This document shows positions 1 to 9,402 of a DNA stretch of 64,000 bases, piece after piece. Origin of the DNA: Macrostomum hystrix (taxonomy: Eukaryota > Animalia > Platyhelminthes); the NCBI GenBank assembly GCA_950097015.1, contig CATNEN010000038.1, positions 23,622,001-23,686,000 on the forward strand, in the 5' to 3' direction. Position numbers and translations under genes: made by a program. Under the pieces are notes generated by a model that ran no database searches, was not told where the DNA came from, and saw only the letters and a program-made list of their open reading frames with translations. The number at the start of each line of letters is the position of its first letter. The stretch's first letter is position 1.

Positions 1-1046
1 TCCAAGATATGATGAAACGAGTTATAACAAATCTAAAATGTAAACTGCGATGCTTGTAGATTTATCTTATGAATAAAAACTGTTTGATAATTTTCTGCAC
101 GGTTAGATGATAAAATTATACGTGTTTTATCATCCGCGGCAAGCTTCCTCATGGTGAATTATTGGATTTTATATTTCCGGACTGCCATACAAATAGCTAC
201 TTCCATACAACATATTCTGGTTGCCTATAAAGCAAAAAGCTGACCGTTTCATTTGCAATTACAAAGAACTGTTAAGAAAAGTGTTATACTCTCTTTTTGT
301 TTTCATTAAAAAGATTTAAAATTCCTGGTATTTCGATGTGTTGTTGTAAGCTAGATGTGGTATGACTTTTTTATGGGACAAATTCGATGTTTCGTCATTG
401 CATTTTCGTTTATGTCTTCATATAGTCGAAGGGAATAAAAAAATCGCACAGATTTACTGCAAATTCAAATACGAATTGTTTAATAAACAGTTTCAATGCG
501 TTTTTATCAGCATAAAAAAGACATTGCATTCACTTACAGCACAATGAAGACAATTACAATTGTATATTTTTAACTACATCTATGACTGCGAGTAATTTGC
601 GAAAAGGGCTTTTAACATAATGCAAAGGGTGTTGACAGAGAAAGCAATTGAATTGACACCCAACTGGTACTTGCTAAGGCAACTACGAGATATATTATTA
701 ACAAAGCTTACTAAAAAGTATATATGTACTCATGTCAAAAAGCTGGACGGAATTAAAAAGAAATAAAAGCGCATGTTTCGCAAAAACATAAATATATTGG
801 GCATAAGCTAGATTGGAAAAAAAGTAAAAAAACTGGGAAAACTCATTATGTAAAGAATTTGTCCCGCAATTTTCATCTAAATGATCGATGCTTGTTGTTC
901 TTGAATAGTAAAAAGCGGAATTATTGAGGAAGTAAAATCGCATCAAGCTTAAAACTAAAAGCATAGAGCATAAAAAATTATACGTCAACTTTAAATTTTA
1001 AAACTGGTGATCATTCTTTATCGCTGATATAAACTCTATAAATCTT

Positions 1047-1450
1047 TAGGGGCGGATTTTGAAATAATGGCGACTGTTTAGGGCGGATTTTGAAATAGTG
1101 CTAATTCTTTAAGGCGGATTTTGAAATAGTGCTAATTCTTTAGGGCGGATTTTGAAACAATGCCGATTCTTTAGGGGCGGATTTTGAAATAATGCCGATT
1201 CTTTAGGGGCGGATTTTGAAAGAATGCCGATTCTTTAGGGGCGGATTTTGAAATAATGCCGATTCTTTAGGGGCGGATTTTGAAAGAATGCCGATTCTTT
1301 AGGGGCGGATTTTGAAATAATGCCGATTCTTTAGGGGCGGATTTTGAAAGAATGCCGATTCTTTAGGGACGGATTTTGAAAGAATGCCGATTCTTTAGGG
1401 GCGGATTTTGAAACAATGCCGATTCTTTAGGGGCCGATTTTAAAAGAATC
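1047..1450. repeat. ~32-bp minisatellite (TTCTTTAGGGGCGGATTTTGAAAGAATGCCGA), ~12 copies
   Basis: Visible tandem units just downstream of the CEP70-like stop; each contains GGGGCGG. Confidence 0.95.
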
Positions 1451-1510
1451 GAAAAGTCACGAATTGTTGTTGTCTTCATCATCTAAGTTCTATGAACATT
1501 TGACAAACAT

Positions 1511-4500
1511 TCAAGCAGCATTCTGCGCATCAAACACCCGTTTGTAAGCTGTCACTTTAGGCAGAATTTCGTCAACTCTATCGACATCTAGAACCGACAT
1601 CAGACTCTTGACTAGCTGTTCGAACACTGGGAAGAACTGATCGTATTCTTCTAACCGATCGAAAGCCAATTGCACGTCTTCGTGATTGAATATCTCTTGG
1701 ATTTTCTCGTTAACAGCCAGTCGTTCAAGTTGCATCAGACGATCAACGGCATTAACAACTGCTTCCATTGGCGTCTGTTCAACTAGGCCTAGAGACTCTT
1801 TTATACTGTTCATTGCGTTGCGACAGACGCCAAGCTCTGAATAAATTGAGTTCATCTTGGTGCAAACGCCTGATAACTGAGCAACATCAAATAATTTGCG
1901 GAAATGATCTACTAGGCCAAGTAGCATGGAGTGTGGTGGAAGACTCGACAAATTTTCCCCTTCGTTTTGTGAAGAACTCGGAGCCAATTCGTAGTTTTTG
2001 TCGGACGACATGCGATCCACCGCGGCGATCAGACTGACGGTGTCCGGAGATGCCTGTGTGTTAATGAATGGGTCACAGATGATTTCAGTGTCAGGTGATT
2101 TCAGTGTCAGGTGATTCATAGTGTCAGGTGATTTCAGTGTCAGGTGATTCATAGTGTCAGGTGATTTCAGTGTCAGGTGATTTCAGTGTCAGGTGATTTC
2201 AGTGTCAGGTGATTTCAGTGTCAGGTGATTTCAGTGTCAGGTGATTTCAGTGTCAGGTGATTTCAGTGTCAGGTGATTTCAGTGTCAGGTGATTTCAGTG
2301 TCAGGTGATTTCAGTGTCAGGTGATTTCAGTGTCAGGTGATTTCAGTGTCAGGTGATTTCAGTGTCAGGTGATTTCAGTGTCAGGTGATTTCAGTGTCAG
2401 GTGATTTCAGTGTCAGGTGATTTCAGTGTCAGGTGATTTCAGTGTCAGGTGATTTCAGTGTCAGGTGATTTCAGTGTCAGGTGATTTCAGTGTCAGGTGA
2501 TTTCAGTGTCAGGTGATTTCAGTGTCAGGTGATTTCAGTGTCAGGTGATTTCAGTGTCAGGTGATTATCAGTGTCAGGTGATTATCAGTGTCAGGTGATT
2601 ATTAGTCAGGTGAATCACAGTGTCAGGTGATTATTAGTCAGGTGAATCTCAGTGTCAGGTGATTATTAGTCAGGTGAATCACAGTGTCAGGTGATTATTA
2701 GTCAGGTGAATCTCAGTGTCAGGTGATTATTAGCGTCAGGTGATCATTAGCGTCAGGTGATCATTAGCGTCAGGTGATCATTAGCGTCAGGTGATCATTA
2801 GCGTCAGGTGATCATTAGCGTCAGGTGATCATTAGTGTCAGATGATTATTTGTGTCAGGTGATCATTAGCGTCAGGTGATTATTTGTGTCAGGTGATTAA
2901 TAGTGTCAGGTGAATCTCAGTGTCAAGTTATAATTTATTAGTGTTTGGTGATTCTCATTGCCAGGTGATCATTAGCGTCAGGTGATCATTAGCGTCAGGT
3001 GATCATTAGCGTCAGGTGATCATTAGTGTCAGGTGATCATTAGTGTCAGGTGATCATTAGTGTCAGGTGATCATTAGTGTCAGGTGATCATTAGTGTCAG
3101 GTGATCATTAGTGTCAGGTGATCATTAGTGTCAGGTGATCATTAGTGTCAGGTGATCATTAGTGTCAGGTGATCATTAGTGTCAGGTGCTTATCAGCGTA
3201 AGCAAAGGCACGAATGAATCTAACCTGCAGTTTATCAACGGCAGCCCAAGGATAGAGTTGCATAAACAATCGCTCCAGAGACAGGTGCAACTCAGGCAGT
3301 CTAATGAGCTGATCGCGCCAGTGTTCCAACACAGGTACAATCAGGTTAATCCTATCAGGAACCTGTTTGTTCTCGCCGGCTTCAGTTTGAGCACTGCTCA
3401 ATAGTTCGGCAATGCTCATAGGCAGTAGCTGAGCACTAGAGTCATCAGTATTGCCATCGCCGAATACCAGAGCGTGTACTTTTGCAATGATCGGATGAGC
3501 GATACCGTAGGCGTCCGAGATGCTCACAAGATCGGTCAGAGCTTCTCTCATGAGTTTCAAATCTTCTATGCCCAATAGTCTAGCGGCTTCCTTCAGGTAT
3601 TTCTGGCACACAGACAATGGCAGTAGGTCGACATCTTCTAAGCTGGTGCTGAAATCTTGATTCGAATTGGCGGCTTCCTTGGTAGCGTCGATGTTGTTCC
3701 GTTTGAGTAGTCTCTCGTATCTGTGAAGCTTAGATACCAACAGGACGTGGTCGCTATTGGTTGGCCTGGACTCGAGCTCCGAGCACAGTAGCTCTCTTTC
3801 ATTCTCGAGGCATTGAACCTGGTTGGTGAGGCTGACTATCTGACGATTCAATTGGTCAATTGTGAGTCTATAGCCTCTGCCAGGTTCTGCTCCGTCTGCT
3901 GCTGTTGCTGTGCTGTCCGATATCTCCTCATTGGACCCTTATTTAAAAAGTTAGGGATAATATAAGTCATTTTTGGCGACACAAGACCCGCAACCAGCGA
4001 GGATGCAATTCTGCCCATTTCGCTGATTCCTGAGCTCACACGCACACAGATACTGTACGCAGGTACACTCACACAGGTTTTTACATCTGCCCTGACTTTC
4101 TCATCTTCAGGCCCTCTCAAGGTCCTAAATCCCACGAAAAGCTACATGCGCCCTTTGAATGTGTAGCCTTGCCGTGGAATCGAGCTCAGGGACCTTGGTG
4201 CGAGAAGTAAAGGACCGCTCTGCCACTCACCCACTTCTAAATGGTAGGGATTGAGAAACTGAATTTTGTTTACTTTGCGCCAAGAATCGAACTCCCGACC
4301 CCATTGTTAAAGTACAAAGCTCTAACCACCTAGTCAACAAGCACTAGGGACTGCCCTAGATCAATCCTGCGTCTAAGCTAAGACAAGGCGGGTCGGTGGC
4401 AGAGCGGTTAACGCGTTTGCCTCTCGCACCAAGGTCCTTAAGTTCGATTCCACGGCGAGGCCACATTTATTTGGGGCGCAGCCGCGGAGAGAAGGCTTGG

Positions 4501-4717
4501 GGGCTTGTCGTGCAATTTACGCCCTTGAGGGCCAACCTCCAAGGCACAGATGATGAGAAAGTCAGGGCAGATGTACAAACCTGCGTGAGCGTATGCCTGC
4601 GTACGGTATCTGTGTGCGCGTGTGCTCAGGATTTAGCGAAATGGGCAGAATTGCATCCTCGCTGGCTGCGGGTCTAGTGTCGCTAAATGATGTGCCATTG
4701 CCCGCAGCCCTGCTGCA

Positions 4718-4767
<50 letters not shown>

Positions 4768-5910
4768 GCTAAGTCAAGTCGAATTCCTAAATTTGGGGAT
4801 CAGCCACTTTGGGTGTGGGGGTGGGGATTTTAAATTCGCTAGCTCACCACCCGAAGCACGGATTTCCTGTCGCATTCTCTGCAGCTGCTGCTCGTAGCTG
4901 TCAATAATGTCCAGCATCCGGTTGTCCATGGGCGAGTTTCTAGTCGGTTTTCTCTGCTTCAGGCTGCGAAAGATTTCCAATTGTCTTTTGTGCCTCTCGG
5001 CGTCGGCGCGTTCGTTGTCCTGCAGTTTCTTGCGCAGCCGGACAATCTCAGCTTCCTGAGCTTCAACGCGAGATTCTAGCGCTTTGGCTCGACTATTGGC
5101 AACCGATTTTGAATTGATGAGTTCGGCCTCTCGATTGGCAGAACAGCTACCGGTTAGCAACAGGGAGTCTGGGACGGAATCTAGGAAGTTGGATGATCTG
5201 GCAGAATCCAGAGAGCTCTGCAAAGAAACATAACTTTTTATTCGTTTTGTTTAAACTATTCGTCGCACGCAAACCCGGAAGTTTTAACGCAAAATACAAA
5301 AACCGTCTTGAGAATCACCCGGCCGTTTTCATTGGCTACCCTTCCAGCTGTGTTACTATTGGCTCAGAGCAGTCACGTGACAGTCCTTTCGTCCAATAGC
5401 AAAATGCGTGCTAACGTGCTGTTATAGAAATGGACAGGAAAACAGCAAATATTTTACTTTCGAAATTAAAACTACCTGGTGCTGCTGCTGCTGCTGCTGC
5501 AGGGAGGCCAGCTTCTCCTTGTAGAGCTGCATCTTTTCCTGACTATACCGCAGGTCGGCTCTGGCGTGCCGTTCGGCCTCTTCAAGTCGGTCAATGATTG
5601 CCTGCCGCTGATCGGATTCGTTGCACAGATCGATTAGCCAGCCCCGAACCAATCTGGACAGTTTGACCGGCATGCAGACGCCATTGCAGACAGTCCATGA
5701 CAGTCGCCAATCATTGCCAGCGGCTCCTGACGGCAGTTCAACAGACTGCCGATTGCTCAACAGGCGAATCGCTCGCTGCCACAGCTGGCACTCGTCGTCG
5801 AGTTGTTCGCCGAGACTGCCGCCTACGGCGCTACGGCTGGCGTTGGAACGCTTCGAGACGGAGGCGGCGCTGATTGAACTGCTGGCACTGACTAAACCGT
5901 TGCTGTTCAT
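1511..5910 (-). CDS. CEP70: Centrosomal protein of 70 kDa-like coiled-coil protein, 4 coding exons, ~686 aa
   Basis: Exons 5910-5476, 5217-4848, 3937-3225, 2053-1511 join with GT-AG sites and matching phases (0,1,0). Long coiled coils. The C-terminus LEEYDQFFPVFEQLVKSLMSVLDVDRVDEILPKV resembles the conserved CEP70 C-terminal helical motif (recognised from memory, not searched). Confidence 0.75.
2080..3188. repeat. 16/17-bp minisatellite (GTGTCAGGTGATTTCA grading to GTGTCAGGTGATCATTA) filling CEP70 intron 3
   Basis: Homogeneous 16-mers to ~2565, a mixed zone, then 17-mers to ~3188. Confidence 0.97.
3976..4232 (-). mobile_element. tRNA-derived SINE family A, copy 1
   Basis: Reverse-complement match to 4389-4690, with an internal deletion; A/B-box-like head at 4175-4232. 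Confidence 0.85.
4389..4766 (+). mobile_element. tRNA-derived SINE family A, copy 2, with (TTA)n tail
   Basis: Pol III A box TGGCAGAGCGG (4397) and B box GTTCGATTC (4443). The body is shared with copies at 3976, 16.8 kb, 30.1 kb and 36.9 kb. (TTA)n tail at 4719-4766. Confidence 0.88.
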
Positions 5911-7699
5911 TCTCTGCGAGTGTGTTGTTGGGGATTTTTTCGAGTACTTTATATAATAATAGTATTATATAATAAACAGAACTGAGACAAAGCAATTAGC
6001 ATAATTCATTACGTATAGAAAATACGAGTATGCAGGCAAAATATAAATATAAGTTAACTTACCTATCTTTGAAAGACTTCAATCTATTTTTGGAGCTATA
6101 TTAGGCTCATTGTAAAGAACTAGAACAAAATTTGGGTAAAAGCGGCGAAAAATGTCATGAAACTAAGGCCTTGGTTAAACTTGCTGCAATACAGCTTCAC
6201 AGTTTAATACATTAGCTGCCCACGTGTACAGTGAGTTTGCTGTGAGTCACTTCTCACGAGTCCACAATGCACATATTTCGTATTTTATCATTCAGCTCTA
6301 TATTTATATTATAGCGGCTTTTATGTGTAAAATGTACAGTCTATCTTTACCTGGTAGGCTAAAAAGGAAGGAAGGAAAAGAAATTCAAGGTGGGCAGGCA
6401 GGGGGTAAGAGAAATAAAGGGTCTGAATGTACGCTTGACCGCGTCAATGTACAGTCCGAATGTACATTCAGGTGGTGACAGTTAAATTAATTCCAAGGCA
6501 GACATTGCAGCCGTCTAGTCGCCACACCATAGCTCCACCCCCGACTGCTGCTCCACGCCCTTAGCGGAAGGGGATGCAGCTATAGCTACAGATACCATTA
6601 GTGAGTGAGCAACTTAAATGCCAAATATAATAAAGAATTCAATCTAAGTAGGAACAATTTTATTTTGCATGTTTAAAATAGAGAAATTTTGACAACAATT
6701 ACATTGACAGACAATATTCAACAATAGACACGGCATGTCAGACAGAATAAACCGAAATTAATAATAGGGACTTGTCAATTGGATGAAGCAGTAAGAATTT
6801 AAGTACACCTTCAGACCAGACTGTGTATGCGAGAGTGAAAACTGAATGAACACAAACTGGATTTATCATGCGAAAAAGACGAGCACACAATGGCCTTAAA
6901 CATATAATTATATGAGGATGTCATTCATCTGTCTTCACTATACTAGCCAGTCGAGATTATAGCGCGCAGTACTCGCTACTTACTTGGATAAAATCGATAA
7001 GTAGCGAGTAAGGCGTATGAAGTGACATTTTTTAAATCAAACCTTAATAAATATTTTTCATTTTTTCGGAATCTAAAGTGCATATCTGGGCTTTAGCAAC
7101 CAGTAGCGTTGTCATTAACGCCGTTCTTAGCAACCACCGGGCGTGCTGACGCTGACTCGAACAGTCGAGTGCCAGTAGGTCGGCAGCCGGAATAACAACC
7201 AAGCGCTGCTGGGTGCCCTGGGGTGCGGAACCGGTGAACACTGTGACATCTCACAGCTAAGCATTGATGAGGCTCCTTAGGACAGCAGTGAGTTGGTAGG
7301 GATTTTATGAGTCCATGTCAAGCTTGATGTGAGGATGTGGGACAATGATAAGAACCGATTTGAGGAACTCAGAGAAATGAACTATTCGCACCTGAAAAAG
7401 CAGGCTCAGTAAGAAGCTCGCCAGGCATTTTGCAGCTTGTCTTTGCCAGTTGACACAAGACTAGTGCCGGGGGAAGCAGCTATTTCTCCGCCTTGTTGAA
7501 ATTCAACACTTTAACAGCAGCAGCAGCAGCAGGCTGTCACTACGCCAGCTTTCGCTTGCATTCAACAACAACAACCACAAGGTACTGCTCCCGCCAGCTA
7601 CACGTACAGTGTCCTGAAAGGGGGGAGCATTTAGAAAGCGCGTCTCTGCATGGGCCATTGTCCTCAAAAAGTCGCACCTGCCCTGCTTGGTCTGGGGCG

Positions 7700-8170
7700 C
7701 CGGCGTCACTCAGAAGCCGGTCAGGGTATCGCGCCGTTCGCCCTTGGCCTCGCCCGGCGTTAAAGTCCCGGCGTTGTACAACAGGACAGTCTCAACGACT
7801 GCCTGAAGCAGCCGGGCCTTGAGCCCGTCGTCAAGGGCCTCAGATTGGAGCACGGAGCGCACAGATCGAAGTGCAGCCCTGGCCAGTCCTCGTCGTCTCG
7901 CCAGGTCGTCGGCAACGTCTGGCACGAGGCCGCCGAGGTATACAAAGCGCTCGCAGCGGGTAAGCATAATTGCATTCCCGGTAGCGTCTCGGTAATTGAT
8001 CTCGGCCCGCAGGTCGGAGGGCACCGTGAAGACTACCGTCTTTCGCGCGTTCAGCTTGAGGCCTACCCGCGATGCTGCCGCCGTTAGGCCATCAAGCAGC
8101 CGCTGGGCGCCTTCAGCCGTCGATGAAAGTAGCGCGAGGTCGTCCGCGTAGCCGAGAACGGAGAGCTCGC
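7700..8170 (-). mobile_element. Truncated non-LTR retrotransposon (RTE-like LINE) reverse-transcriptase C-terminal fragment
   Basis: The frame upstream of ORF 7710-8024 reads ELSVLGYADDLALL...GLKLNARKT...FVYLG...VLLYNAGT. YADD, LNxxKT and FxYLG are RT/thumb motifs. GC-rich and 5'-truncated. Confidence 0.88.
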
Positions 8171-8240
8171 ATCCAGCTTAATGAAACAACTTTCTTTCAA
8201 CAATGGCATCTAACTTGGGGCCGGTGAAGTTGAGCATATA

Positions 8241-8262
8241 CGAGGGGTGTCCAAAAGGAACT
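8241..8262 (+). mobile_element. Orphan mariner-type terminus (TA|CGAGGGGTGTCCAAAAGGAAC)
   Basis: Preceded by TA and similar to the TIR start of the element at 38582; no partner end found nearby. Confidence 0.45.
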
Positions 8263-8740
8263 TCACTGGCTCCTTTGCATGCTCGAGTTGATTCATTCTC
8301 CGTGTCCAGCCGAGTTGGGCGCAGTGTGCTACTATCCAAGTAGCACATAGCTGGCTTCGTAAGAGTTGGGTGCGCATAGTTTCATTCTCTTTCAGCTTAT
8401 ACCACCAATTAAGCTATGTATTCCTAGTCGGTGAAATGACGAGGGATTTTACCCTTGATACTATAGCCTTCTGATAAGCATTTCTGGCTTTCTCTTTTAG
8501 TCTGGCTCGCCTCCTCTTTACGGCAAATTGTCCATAACTTAAAGCCGCATCTGCTGCAGCTGCTGCTTCTGCCTGAGTCTGGTTGGCGGCGAGGTCTTTC
8601 AGATATAATGACCTACCTTTAGCCAGAATTTTACCGAGGTTTCTTGACGCAGCAGGCCAGCAGCTAATTATTAATTAACTCTTTCTGAAATTCCCGGAGG
8701 CTACAGACATTTAGCTTCCTCTTCAAGACCTTCCGTCTGC

Positions 8741-8829
8741 ACTCAACCATATCGGTCTGTACTCAACCATATCGATCTGTACTCAACCATATCGGTCTGT
8801 ACTCAACCATATCGGTCTGTACTCAACCA
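8741..8829. repeat. 20-bp tandem repeat (ACTCAACCATATCGGTCTGT) x4.5
   Basis: Directly visible. Confidence 0.9.
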
Positions 8830-9402
8830 GACTATCTTGCTTTCGAGCCATATATGGTCAGGTACAGGTGCTTACTGAAGATTCGACATAGAATCTTTCA
8901 CTGTCTATTATAGTTTGCCTTTGAATGCTACAACGTGGTGTAGGCTGCTCTCGCACTCTCCTAAATGTTTCGGTTGGCCTAATTCATTCCATAGCTTTTC
9001 GTTTTGTAGCACACTTAGTTTTTTGTCCATTGTCTTTTTTACTTATATGGCGCCATTACATCGAGTTCTTTCTCAAAAGAAGTATCACTGTGTTATTATT
9101 AGTTTTGTATTAGTTTTGATCACTAATTCTATTAGGGGTTCATCAAAGGATTTTAGTGGCACTAATGGCGCATTGTAAACGGCGAGAGCTTGAGCCCCTA
9201 TTCAGAGAGTTTACCAACTGAACAGCTGTAAGCTTTGAGGAGGGCCTCGCGAATTCTCAGTCAATGGACTTTCAAAGTTTTAGTCGAAGAGACACAGAGG
9301 GTCAGACGAGCAGTATAAAGACGCAATAATAAAATTAGCTCAGTTAAACAGAACCGTAAAAGTTGCGCATTTGCATGGTTTACTTGGATTCTGAGTGCAA
9401 AA

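Noticed and set aside
3848-4135. Apparent frameshift between ORFs 3848-4135 and 3165-3851 in CEP70
   Set aside because: The 3165-3851 frame is open upstream to the acceptor at 3937 (GSNEEISDS...LTIDQLNRQ) and matches the previous exon's phase. The 95-aa ORF is an off-frame read into a SINE.
4389-4465. tRNA gene
   Set aside because: It has A/B boxes but no convincing cloverleaf, and it continues into a shared repeat body and tail found in several diverged copies, so it is a SINE head.
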